Below are positions 14,190-26,270 of a stretch of DNA of 64,000 bases, piece after piece. Location: assembly GCF_004010195.1 (NCBI RefSeq), contig NC_057718.1, forward strand, positions 80,727,187-80,791,186, given 5' to 3'. Position 1 is the first letter of the stretch, and each line of letters starts with the position of its first letter. The stretch is from Chiloscyllium plagiosum. Lineage: Eukaryota. The position numbers and the translations under genes were made by a program. The notes below the pieces were generated by a model. The model saw only the letters and a list, made by a program, of their open reading frames with translations, was not told the origin of the DNA and made no database searches.

Positions 14190-15811
14190 AGTATCATCTG
14201 TTTTTGAAGAAGGGCTTACATTAAACATTGACCTTTGTTTTCTCTCTGATTAAGCTACACTGAACATTTACAGTGTTTTAATTTTTATTTTATTTACTTG
14301 TTTCTCCTAATCAATTTAGGCAGCCCTATGTACCTGAAATCTTCTCCAGATAACCTTTAGTTTGTATGACATTTTTGCACAGATTTCTGTTTCCTCAATC
14401 ATTCAGCCACTTCGAAAAGTTTTAAATAGATGAGTGAAGAAATCTGCTTTTCCTTCAGACCTGATTTCTACATGGAAGCTGCAATAAGTTGTCAGTACAA
14501 TACATTCATAATTAGTTGCTCAAATAGGTCCCCATCGTAATGTTTGAAAGCTTACATTGAACAGATACGCACAGTATTATATAGCAGTAAGTAATTTTTC
14601 CTTATTCATCTACTGAGACTTGTACACAATGTGCATAGGGAAATTTACTGAACTCACCCCTCAGAAAAGTAATTAAAGAAATGCCAGTTTAATGATGAAA
14701 TGTTTCATACATTAAAATGCATTTTTAGATTTCTTTGAAATATTTGAGTGCAGCAATTCAAAGCATGTGAACTCATATTTTCTTGCCAAAACAAGGTTAA
14801 ATTATATAATGTCATTTGAAATAGACAACAGTATTAGATATTTAGCATAATTTAACTGTTGTTTTGGTATGGTGCTTCATAAAATCTCTAAGTACAGAAG
14901 ATGACAGTCATGCCTTTACCTCTTGAAGAATAGATTGCTTTCTGAGATCTGCATTTGAATCGAATTCAGATTAAATGGAGTGAATATTTCCTCCAACTGC
15001 TGACTATAAAGCTCCTCCTTGATCCAGGATTATCAAAGCTGGAACCCACAAGTTCAGCACAGAAGCAGGAATTGAATCTGTGTTCTTCCTAATCAGCATG
15101 CTCATCTTCCGTATGAGATCTAATACTGATTTTTCCAAAAGATAATTCAAAAATTTGGTTAGAAAATAGTTGTATCATATTCCCAGATATGCAGCTCACA
15201 CTCTGAAAGATATACCAAATAAAAAGAACATAGAAGGACAGTGTTTTGTGTAATGTATATAGTATAATATCCCTTGTACCAAGCAATGTGATTGCTGAGA
15301 TGTTCAGACCTATGAGTGGATTTCATTATCCATCACGCTAATGCAATTTAAATCCAGATTTATTTTGTACTATTAGTATCAATATTTTGATCTTTCCCAG
15401 AATCAGACATGCCCATTTATTTTGCCAATATTTACAGTGACATTATTGACAAAAGCTTGTTGAAGATCTACATCATATGGTACATAGGATTACTGTTGTG
15501 ACAGGATTGAGTGGAAGATGTCAAAGTTGACAAGGCAAATTTATCAGAATGAGCAAACCATCAACACATTCACCACTACCAATAATTCCGATAACATTTT
15601 TTTTTTATCAAATAAGTACATTTTAAGAATATTCAGATCCAAGATGTATTATACTGTTCTACGTCAGGCAAGGCTTTTTGGCTTTTATGAAGTTACCACC
15701 ATAATAACTTACTTTGTAGCTTCACTTGCTAGATCATTTGGAGAGTAGAAAACCCAATTTTTATACTTGCAAAGTTTATGCATTACTTTACATTCAAAAC
15801 TGACCATACAT

Positions 15812-16520
15812 AAAGTTCCAGAGTCGTACACCACAGAAATAGACCCTTTGGTCCAAATCGTTCTGCCAACCAGACATCCCAATCTGACTTTGTTTCATTT
15901 CCCAGCATTTGGTCTATGTCCCTCCACACCCCACCCATTCATATACCCATCCTGGTGCCTTTTAAATTGCACTCGTGTCCACCATTTTCTCCAGCAGCTT
16001 GTTTCATACATGCACCACTCTCTGCATGGAAAAGGTACCCCTCAGGTCTTTTTTAAATTTTACCCCTCTTACTTTAAACTTATGCCCTCTAGATTAGGTT
16101 TCCATTGCCCTTGGAAAAGACCTTGGCTATTCATCATATCCATATTCCTCCTGATTTTATAAAACTCGACAATGTAGTCCCTCAGCCTCTGACACTCCAC
16201 GGAATAAAGTCATATTTATTCAGCCTACCAATGAAGGTAAGCGTGTCAAATGCTTCTTCACTAACTTGTCTACCTGTGACTTTGCTTTCAAGGAACTATG
16301 CACCTGAACCCCTGAGTCTGTTTGTTTGGTAACACTTCCCAGGGCCTGACCATTAACTGTATAAGTCCTTCCATGGTTTTCCTTACTTTGCAACACCTCA
16401 CACTTATCTAAATTAAACCTCATTTGCCAGACCTCGTCCAATTGGCCCTCTGATCAATGTTCCATTGAATTCTGAGATAATCTTCTTCACTGTTCAATAC
16501 ATCACCTATTTTGGTGTCAT
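15812..16520 (-). mobile_element. CR1 3' fragment with internal deletion
   Basis: Minus ORF WQMRFNLDKCEVLQ..VQVHSSLK. CR1 3' UTR at 15815-15950. Confidence 0.8.
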
Positions 16521-19500
16521 TGAGTCAGATTCATAGAAATGTACAGAACAGAAACAAACACTTCCGTCCAACCCGTCTTTGCCAACCAGATATCTTAGAT
16601 AAATCTAGCCCCATTTGCCAGCATTTGGACCATATCTCTCTCAACCCTTCCTGTTCATATACCCATCCAGATGCCTTTTAAATGTTGTAATTCTACCAGC
16701 CTCCACCACTTCCTCTGGCAGTTCATTCCATCCATGCACCACCATCTGCGTGAAAATGTTGTCCCTTAGGCCCCTTCCAAATCCTTCCCCTCTCACCTTA
16801 AATCTGTGCCCTCTAGTTTTGGACTCCCCCACCCAAAGAAAAATACCTTGTCTATTAACATATTCATGCCCCTCAAGATTTTATAAACTTCTACAACTCA
16901 CCCCTCAGCCTCTGACTCTCCAGGGAAAATAGCCCCAGCCTATTCAGCCTCTGCCTATATCTCAAATCCTCCAACCCTGGCATTATTCTTGCAGATCTTT
17001 TCTGAAACCTTTCAAGTTTCACAAAATCCTTTCCATGGCAGGGAGACCAGAATTGAACACAATATTCCAAAAATGGCCAAACAATGTCTTGTACAGCTGC
17101 AACATGACGTCCCAACCCAATGTTCTGGCAAAAAAGGCAAACATATCAAACACATTCTTCACTATCTTATGTTCCTGCAACTCCACTTTCAAGGAATTAT
17201 GAACCTACACTCCAAGGTCTCTTTGTTCAGCAACACTCCACAGGACCCCAAAGCATTAAGTGTATAAGTCCTGCCCTGATTTACCTTTCCAAAATGCAGC
17301 ACTTCACATTTATCTAAATTAAATTCCAGCTGCGACTCCTTGGTCTCTTGCCCCATCTGATCAAGATCCTGTAGTACTCTCAAGTAACCTTCTTCACTGG
17401 CCACTACACTTCCAATTTTGGTGTCATCTGCAAATGTATGGACCAGGCCTCCTATATTCACATTCAAATCATTTATATAAATGATGAAAAATAGTGGACC
17501 CAGCACCAATCTTTGTAGCACACCAGTGGATACAAGCCTCCAATCGAAAAATAACTCTTTACCACCCACTGCCTTCAAGCCAATTTTGTATGTAATTGGC
17601 TAGCTCCCCCAGATCCTATGTGATCTAATCTTACGAACCAGTTGACCATGCAGAAACCTGTTAAACACTTTGCTGAAGTCCTTATTGACAAAGTCTACCA
17701 CTCTGCCTTCATCAATTTTCTTTGTCACCTCTTCAAAAAACTCAGTCTTTAGTGAGATATGATTTCCTACGCTCAAAACCATATTGACTATCCCTAATTA
17801 ATTCTTGCCTTTCCAAATACATGTAAATCCTGTCCCTCAGAAATCCTTGCAACAACTTACCCTCCATTGACATAAGGCTCACTGGTCTATAGTTCCCTGA
17901 CTTTTTCCTACCACCTTTTTTAAATGAAGGCACCACATTAGCTAGCTTCCAGTCTTCGGCACCTCACCTGTGGCTGTCACTGTTACAACTATCTCAGCAA
18001 GGAGTCCAGCAATTTCCCCCCTAGCTTCCTACAGAGTTCTAGAGTACACCTGATCAGGTCCCGTGGATACATCCACCTTTATGCATTTTAAGATCTCCAT
18101 CACCTCCTGTTCTGTAATATGATTAGTTTTCAAGATTTCACTATTTATTTTCCTAATTTCCCCAACTTCCCAGCCCTTCTCCACAGTAAATGCTGTCACA
18201 AAAAAAATTATTTAGTATCTCACCCATCTCCTGTGGTTCCACACATCGAGGACAACATTGATCTTTAATGGGCCCTGTTCTCTCTCTAGTTACTCTTTAG
18301 TCCTTAATGTATTTGTAGAATCCCTTTGGATTCACCTTAATCCTATTTGCCAAAGCTATCTCATGTCCCCTTTTTGCCCTCCTGATTTCCCTCTTAAGTA
18401 TACTTCTAATCCCCTTATGTCCTCACGGGATTCACCCACTCACAGCTGTGTGTACCGGATAGATACAAAGAACAAAGAATATTTACAGCCTAGGAACAGG
18501 CCCTTTGGCCCTCCAAGCCTCAGCTGATCCAAATCCACTGTCTAAACCCAATTCCTAAGCATCTGTATCCCTCTGCTCCCCACCTACTCATGCATCTGTC
18601 CAGATGCACCTTAAGACATGCCTTCTTTTTCTTGACCAGAGTCTCCATTTCTCTAGTCAACCAGCAATCCGTACACCTACCAGGCTTGCCCTTTACACTA
18701 ACAGGAACATACTGTCTTGGGACTCTCATCTGATTTTCATAGGCCTCCCACTTCCCAACCGTTCCTTCGTTTGTGAATAGTGTCTCCCAATCAACTTTTG
18801 AAAGTTTCTGTCTAATACTTTCAAAATTCATCTTACTCCAATTTAGATCTTTAGCTTTTTCATCTGTTCTATCCTTTTCCATAACTATTTTAAATCGAAT
18901 GCAATTATGATCACTGGCTCCAAAGTGCTACCCATTGATACCTTGGTCATTTGCCCTGCCTTATTTCCCAAGAAAAGATCAAGTATTGCTCCTGCCCTAG
19001 TAGGTACATCCACCTAGTGATGAAGAAATGTTTCTTGTACACACTCAACAAATTTCTCCCCATCCAAACCCTTAACACTATGGCAGTTCCAGTCTATGTT
19101 CGGAAAGGGTTACAACCCTATTATTCTTATAGATATCTAAGATCTCCTTACATATTTGCTTCTCAATCTTGTACTGACTATTGGGGGGCCTATAATACCA
19201 TGCCAATAAGGTGAACATCCCTTTCTTATTTTTCAGTTCCACCCAAATAACTTCCCTCGACGATTCCCCAAGATTTTCCTCTCTACGTACAGCATAATGT
19301 TATGTCTAACTGTTACAAAGTTGAAAGAGTGTGCATTCACTTTAGGATAGAAAGTGTTTTCTGAATTTTAAAGTAAACTTAAAATACAGCCACAGCTGCC
19401 AGAACAGAACAGTTATGAGACGGGCTGTTCCAGAATAGATACATGTAGCAAATGGCTGTTAAATGGATATCTGAGTTTTGGTTGCTGTTTTGAAAACAAT

Positions 19501-19680
19501 TCAAATTTAATCAATTAATTTAAGTTATGCCCAGGACACTAAAACCCAACTGAGTTTGAATTTATTGTTTTGACAATATCGGACCAATGAGAGGGAATGA
19601 TACTGGGGGATTTAAAAAAGTAGTTGAAACTTTATTGCTGGAACAGCACAGCAGGTCAGGCAGCATCCAGGGAACAGGAG

Positions 19681-19716
19681 ATTCGACGTTTCGGGCACAG
19701 GCCCTTCTTCAGGAAT
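19681..19716 (-). ncRNA. Minimal type I hammerhead ribozyme motif in a Penelope pLTR
   Basis: Minus strand reads AUUC-CUGAAGA-A-GGGC(CUGU)GCCC-GAAA-CGUC-GAAU. Stem I AUUC/GAAU, 4-bp stem II, palindromic ACGU in place of stem III, GUC cleavage triplet. Confidence 0.75.
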
Positions 19717-19983
19717 GAGCAGAGAGTGTTCAGCAGGAGAAGATAAAAGGTAGGGAGGAGGGACTTGGAGGAGGGGCGTTGGAAATGTGATAGGTGGAAA
19801 GAGGTCAAGGTGAGGGTGATAGGTCGGAGTAGGATGGAGGCGGAGAGGTCAACAAGAAGACTGCAGGTCAGGAAGGCGACGTGGTCGACGGTGCCCTCCA
19901 CCGCATCTCCTCCACTTCCAACTCCCCTCCTCCAAGTCCCTCCTCCCTACCTTTTATCTTCTCCTGCTGAACACTCTCTGCTC

Positions 19984-20019
19984 ATTCCTGAAGAAGGGCA
20001 TGTGCCCGAAACGTCGAAT
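19984..20019 (+). ncRNA. Minimal type I hammerhead ribozyme motif in a Penelope pLTR, sense to PACRG
   Basis: AUUC-CUGAAGA-A-GGGC(AUGU)GCCC-GAAA-CGUC-GAAU. Predicted cut after C20015. Confidence 0.75.
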
Positions 20020-20059
20020 CTTCTGTTCCCTAGATGCTGCCTGACCTGCTGTGCTGTTC

Positions 20060-20168
20060 NNNNNNNNNNNNNNNNNNNNNNNNNNNNNNNNNNNNNNNNN
20101 NNNNNNNNNNNNNNNNNNNNNNNNNNNNNNNNNNNNNNNNNNNNNNNNNNNNNNNNNNNNNNNNNNNN
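20060..20168. other. Assembly gap (109 N)
   Basis: Run of n characters directly next to the pLTR inverted repeat. Confidence 1.
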
Positions 20169-23100
20169 GCGGAGGGAGTGGTCTCTACGGAAAGCTGATA
20201 GGGGAGGGGAGGGAAATATATCCTTGGTGCTGGGGTCTGTTTGGAGGTGGCGGAAGTGACGGCGGATGATGCGCTGTACATGGAGATTGGTGGGGTGGTA
20301 GGTTAATTAAAAAAGTAGGCATTTTGAAAATTGGTCAGAGCAACTGCCTCAGAGCTGGAGAGCTAACTGCCCATCTAAATTCTTGCTCTCAAAGAAATTT
20401 GAACACACTCTATATCAAAAGATATTTTTTCCTGTAAAACATACTCAGAATAAAAATAAAGAAGACCCAGGGAGTTCAGCAGACAGCAGATTGAAGACAG
20501 CAGAGAAGACAGAGAGTCTGTGGACTTGAGATTAAGTTAATGTAATGTTTAATAATTGTGTTATTGGAATAGCATGTTAATAGCATTGTGTTCAGTTAGA
20601 GGAAAGAGTGTGCAGTTTATTAATAGTTTTGTTTGGTGCTCTATTTGGAAAATAAATTGTTATTTTTCTTTAAACAGTGGAAATTAGGAGTTGTCTGTCA
20701 CTCACTCACATTTTAACAAATTATGAGGCGAGGCAAGCTTTTCGGAGTATTTGGTTTTAATTAACAGAGGGATACGACCTCCGCATCATAACAGTTTGGG
20801 AGTTCATCGTCCAGCTTTTGGACAGGTTTAAATGGACCTGGACAGACTTGGACAGGTTTGGGGTACAAAGGTTCCAGCAAATTTAAACATACTTGCCGAT
20901 TAGGTGTCCTAGATCTTTAAATAAAACTTAGGTAAGAAAAATCTGTTTAATTTTGGCTACTTGTAGTTGGTTAGATTAAAAGTGAGAGAAATAAAACTTT
21001 CAATTACTAAATGTTTTCTTGGGAGTGGAGGAAGTAACTTTGGGAATTTTACATAAGCTGAGCAGGAAAAAGCTACTGCAATTGGCAGACAATCTGGAAC
21101 TGGAATTGCCTGTGTCTCCAAAAATGAAGAGGTTATTTTGAAATAGCTCAACAATTAAATGTGTTGGAAAGGCTGTTAGAATCTTTGGAAATGGCTAAAA
21201 TGCAATTACAAATGAAGCAACTTGAGTTAGAAAGTACAGAAAGGGAGAAAGGATTCTTAGCTGAGCAAAGAGAGAGAGAAGAAAGAGGAAGAGAAGAAAA
21301 AGAACATGAGAGAAGGTTCTTAGCTGAACAAAAAGAAAGAGAAAATTTGAACTTCAGAATTTGTGAATTAATTAGGATGATCAAGTTACCGGAATGGAGT
21401 TGAAAGGAAAAGGTAGAAATGGATACAAATATGTGAAAACATTGCCGAATTTCAATGAGAAAGATGTTGTTGAAGCCTTTTTTATTTCTTTGAAAAATTA
21501 GCCAGGCAGATGGAATGGCCAGACACCTTGTGAATAATGCTCGTTCAGACAAAGCTGGTAGGCAGGGCTAATGGGGTATTTGCACTGCGATCAAATCAAG
21601 AGATTATGCAGATGTCAAACAGGCTATTTTGAGTGCCTATGAATTGGTACCATGGAACACTATGCTGCCAGTCTTGTCCATCCCTGAGCCATGTTTCTGT
21701 AATAGCTATAGTATCCCAATCCCATATTCCCAAGCATGCTCTATGGTCATCTGCCTTACCTGTCAGGCCTCTTGCCAAGCACCTGTCTGCCTTCGCTATT
21801 TGACTTGCTCCTCTTATCTATTGTACCAGCCTCAGCCTTTTCTCTTTCCTCACTATAGCTTTCGTTTGCACCCCACCTTTATTAGTGTAAAGCTTCACGA
21901 GTAGCACAGGAAAATTTCCTTTCAAGAGCCACATCCCTTTCCCTGCTTATGCCATTGGTGTCAAAATGGCTGGCACTGGAAAAGAACAGCAGGTCAGGCA
22001 ACATCCAAGGAACAGGAGAGCCAATGTTTCAGGAGTAAGCCCTTCATTCATTCACAACAATGTCCTGCTGGTCACTTTCCCCTTGCAGACCATTCTGCAC
22101 CTACACTGAGACATGCTGGCACCAGGAGGCAGCACACCATCCCGATGTTTTGCTCACGGCTGCAGAAGCATCTATGTTTGCCCAGACTGCACCTCAATTG
22201 CTTGGAACCTGAAATACCTGCTATTAAAGTAGAGCCAGTCATGGTACCAGAAACCTGGCTGTCAGTGCTATGTTCCTTTGAGAGGCCATTACTCCTTCTA
22301 GTATCCAAAATGGCATATCTGTTTCAGATGTGGACAGCCACAGGAGACTCCTATACTACCTGGCTGCCTCTCCTATTATTACTAGCAGTCAGCCATCTCC
22401 CTGACTGTATCTGCAAATTCTCCACCTTCCGAAAACTGCCATCTATCACACCCCCTAGCCCTTGTAAACTCTTCATTGCCTCTAACTGCCACTCGAACCA
22501 ATCCATGCAATCTGATAGGATTCACAACCAAACACACTTCCTATAGATATTGTCTTCCAGAGCATTCAAATTCTCCCTGATCTCCTATATCTGACAGGAA
22601 AAGCACATTATCCAACGAAGAGTCATTTCGGCCCTTTTAACAATCTACAGACCCAGAAATTACCTAAAAATGGAACACAGCACAACTAGCTCAAAAACAC
22701 AGCATTAGCACAGTCTTACTTGTCAAAAACACTGCTCTTGGATAATGTAATACCAATACTTAATATTAAAAGTAAATCAAGAGACAGATCTTAGTATAAA
22801 CAAAAAAATGCCTTCGCCTTACTCAATATTATAGATTTACAGAAGAAAAGGTTTAGAAGTTTTATACATCTTAAAATCAAATACTTAGCTCATCAGGCTC
22901 AAAAATCAAAGATCATCCTCTTCTCCTGTAGTTTCATGCAGTGATTCTTTTAAAAATCACCGATACCTCTGCAAGTGTGCATGAGGCTGGATGTTAGACC
23001 TCACATGTCAACGATGAAACTGCACTGCTTGTTTGTTATTTCAGTGCAACCTCAATCTCTAGAGTCTTTGTGCAATTTCTCTGTCTGACAGCTGTGAAAC

Positions 23101-23632
23101 TATATTTGTCAGCTGCTTCATAAAAAGCCAGTCTCCAAGCCTTTATTCAATTCTTCGGAAACGATCTTGCCACATGGTCACTGTCCCAAAACTCTCTCTC
23201 CTTCCTCCCTTCAAGTACTTTTGTTTTCTTCAAAACATAGACCATGATAGTGTCAAAGGTTAGTATTTTGCCAAAATTTGTATCTTAATAATTGCATTTT
23301 GTCTGTCATTTCTTCTGTGCTAATGGGCACTATTTAATTCCAAATTTATGTTGTAAAGTTATAAGCGAAGGAACCATTTCAAAGGCAGACCTCTGGGAAT
23401 TACAACTATAATGAAATAGATACCAGTCTGGCTGAACAATGTTTTCACTAGGAATTACCGTAATTAGTTAAATCTAATAGCCTTATTGCCTGGCAATCTC
23501 ACGATCTGCATTTTTACTGGTTACTACATGTCAATTACTTCAGGATAAACTTCAAATTCCCTGAACAGCATAGCTCATTTATATTGAAAAAAATTGGTAC
23601 CTTCCATTCAGCTAGCAGGTTTTTCTGCGTTT

Positions 23633-25991
23633 AGAGTCATAGAGTCATAGAAATGTACTGCATGGAAACAGACCATTCGGTCCAACCCATCCATGCCGAC
23701 CAGCTATCCCAACCCAATCTAGTCCCACCTGAGTTTTAATCTAGCAATGCTTTCTGGATCAATTTACAGGAATACACTTTCGCTGGACTCTCGTTATCTC
23801 ATTTCTGAAGACTTTCCATTTTCCTGCCGTCCCTTTACCGCGAACATCTGCCCCCAATTAACTTTTGAAAGTTCTTGCCTAATACCGTCAAAATTGGCCT
23901 TCCTTAAATTTAGAACTTCAAATTTTAGATCCGGTCTATCCTTTTCCATCACTATTTTAAAACGAATACGATTATGGTTGCTGGTCCCAAAGTGCTCTCT
24001 CACTGACACCTCAGTCACCTGCCCTGCCTTATTTCCCAAGAGTAGGTCAGGTTTTGCACCTTCTCTCGTAGATACATCCACAAACTGAATCAGAAAATTT
24101 TCTTGTACACACTTGACAAATTCCTCTCCATCTAAACCCTTAACACTATGGCAGTCCCAGTTTATGTTTGGAAAGTTAAAATCCCCAACCATAACTGAAA
24201 TCTCCTTACAAATTTGTTTCTCAATTTCCCTCTGACTATTAGGGGATCTATAATACAATCCCAATAAGATGATCACCCTTTCTTATTTCTCAGATCCACC
24301 CAAATAACTTCCCTGGATGTATTTCTGGGAATATCCTGCCTCAGTACAGCTGTAATGCTATCCCTTATCAAAAACGCCACTACCCCTCCTCTCTTGCCTC
24401 CCTTTCTATCCTTCCCATAACATTTGTATCCTGGAACATTAAGCTGTCAGTCCTGTCCATCCCTGAGCCATGTTTCTGTAATTGCTATGATATCCCAGTC
24501 CATGTTCCTAACTGTGTCATGAGTTCATCTGCCTTCCCTCTTGCCTCTTGCATTGAAATAAATGAGTTTAATTTATCAGTCCTACCTTGTTCTCTGCTTT
24601 GTCCCTACCTGCCCTGACTGTTTGACTCACCTGTACCAGTTCTCAACTGTACCTGTCTCAGATTGATCTCTTTCCTCACCAACTCTCTGGGTCCCACCTT
24701 CCCACTTTACCAGCTTAAATCCTCCTGAGGACCTCTAACAAATCTCCCTGCCAGTATATTTGTCCCTTTCCAATTCAGGTGCACTCCGTCCTTCTAGTAC
24801 AGGTCACTTCTATCCCAAAAGAGATTCCAATGATCCAAAAATGTGAATCCTTCTCCAATACACCAGCTCCTCAGCCATGCATTCATCCTATTCCTGCCCT
24901 CCCTAGCTCGTAGCACTAGGAGTAATCCAGATATTTCTACTCTCGAGGCTCTCCTTTTTAAATTCCTGCTTTACCCTCAGTAGTCTCCTTTCAGAATCTC
25001 AACCTTTTCCCTTCCTATGTCATTGGTTCCAATGTGTACAATGACCTCCTGCTGACCCCTCTACCCCCTGAGAACATTCTGCACCCTCTCTGAGAGGTCC
25101 TTGATCCTGGCACCATTCTGACGTTTTGCTGCTGGTCACAGAAAAGTCTTTCTGTACCTTGCACTAGAGAGTCCCCTAACACAATTGATCTCTTGGAACC
25201 TGACATACCCCTCATTGCATTAGAGCTAGTCTCAATACCAGAAACTTGGCTGTTCATGCTGCATTCCCCTGAGAGTCCATGACCCCCTAATTTTTCAAAA
25301 CCGTATACTTGTTTGACATGGGGATAGCCATAGAGGACTCCTGCACTACCTGCCTACCTCTCTTACCTTTCCTGGAGTTAATCTATCTATGTGACTGTAC
25401 CTGCAACTTTTCCCGCTTCCTATAACTGCCATCTATCACATCCCCTTGCTCCTATAAATTCCTCATTGCCTCTAACTGTCTCTCCAATTGATCCATTCAA
25501 TTTGATAGGATTCGCAGCCAACGGCATTTATTGCAAATAGAATCCTCAGTAACGCTTAAACTCTCCCTAAACTCCCACATCTGACAAGAAAACATATCAC
25601 TCTACTAAAAGGCCATTTTTGCTTCTTTCAATCTGCAGACCCAGAAAATAGCACTGTTATATTCCTCTACAAAACACTGTTCCTGGTTAAATTAATACTT
25701 ATGGCTTATATTTTTAAGTTTAATCAAGAGACATATCTCAACATAACATATGATCAAGAAAGAATCCACTCTACTGACTACTGTAGACTTACTGTAAGGC
25801 CACACTTAAAATATTTACTTATCTGTTTCTGTGTTGCGACCTCTCTTAAACAGGTTCCTCCAAGATTTGTTGTGAATGTCATTGTTTGTTGATTTTTCCA
25901 GATGCACTCAGATATCCAGTGATACATGAATTCAAACAGCAAAGGCAGTAACTATGCAGGTTCACTGCTGTGTCAGTTAGCAGTGTGGATT

Positions 25992-26037
<46 letters not shown>

Positions 26038-26270
26038 GCACTGACCTCACCATGTGCTGCCTTTGTCTGTTCCTCTCCTTTTTAAAAGTGCTGTTATTTT
26101 GACTTTTTTTTTCTCCAGTTTCAAAGCAATGCAACAGCATATAAAACAGTAACTGCTGCTCCTGGAATTCGAGGAAATCACCTCCAACACCTAAAATACT
26201 TCAAAAAAAGGAGCAACCTGTTCCAGCCAGAAATTTTTCCCACTCTCTATCTTTGATTACCCAGAATGCA
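23633..26270 (-). mobile_element. CR1 LINE keeping 5' UTR, ORF1, endonuclease and ~100-bp 3' tail but lacking the RT domain
   Basis: Minus ORFs IVLGDSLVQG (GDSL esterase) and LGLYYRSPNS..MVGDFNFPNINW (endonuclease). These join at ~23730-23765 directly to the 3' tail agagtcatagagtcatag. Confidence 0.8.
25997..26035. repeat. (CT)n microsatellite in the CR1 5' UTR
   Basis: Direct dinucleotide run. Confidence 0.95.

Larger units (their letters stand above)
19624..20306 (-). mobile_element. Penelope-like retroelement insertion with inverted pLTRs and an ORF fragment; spans the assembly gap
   Basis: 12-bp TSD TTAAAAAAGTAG at 19612-19623 and 20307-20318. Minus strand 20169-20303 reads TYHPTNLHVQRIIRRHFRHLQTDPSTKDIFPSPPLSAFRRDHSLR, a Penelope RT-endonuclease linker. 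About 140-bp inverted arms. Confidence 0.85.
19311..21652 (+). mobile_element. Gypsy (Gmr1-like) LTR retrotransposon 5' part: LTR ~19311-20793, putative PBS, decayed gag
   Basis: LTR ends TGTTA...TAACA, followed by TGGGAGTTCATCGTCC (weak PBS resemblance). Gag coiled coil EMAKMQLQMKQLEL, then LPNFNEKDV.EAFFIS..MEWP..LVQTKLVGRA..DYADVKQAILSAYELVP with frameshifts. Confidence 0.75.
16528..22700 (-). mobile_element. Long decayed CR1/HER1 LINE, interrupted by a short CR1 tail (~18460-18615), a Gypsy element (19311-21652) and a pLTR fragment (~21975-22050)
   Basis: Minus ORFs with TFADDTKIG, NYRPVSLMS and TIAITETWL. ORF1-like region at ~22060-22600. Confidence 0.85.

Noticed and set aside
14203..14290. 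Another hammerhead (ttgaagaagggcttacattaaacattgac)
   Set aside because: Probably a pLTR relic, but the core, stem II and GAAA are too mutated to call.
21161..21403. Glu/Arg-rich coiled-coil ORF as a host gene
   Set aside because: Lies between an LTR and gag motifs and is frameshifted; it is decayed Gypsy gag.
22880..23250. Possible pogo/Tigger transposase remnant
   Set aside because: Too degenerate; no TIRs or catalytic motifs could be identified.
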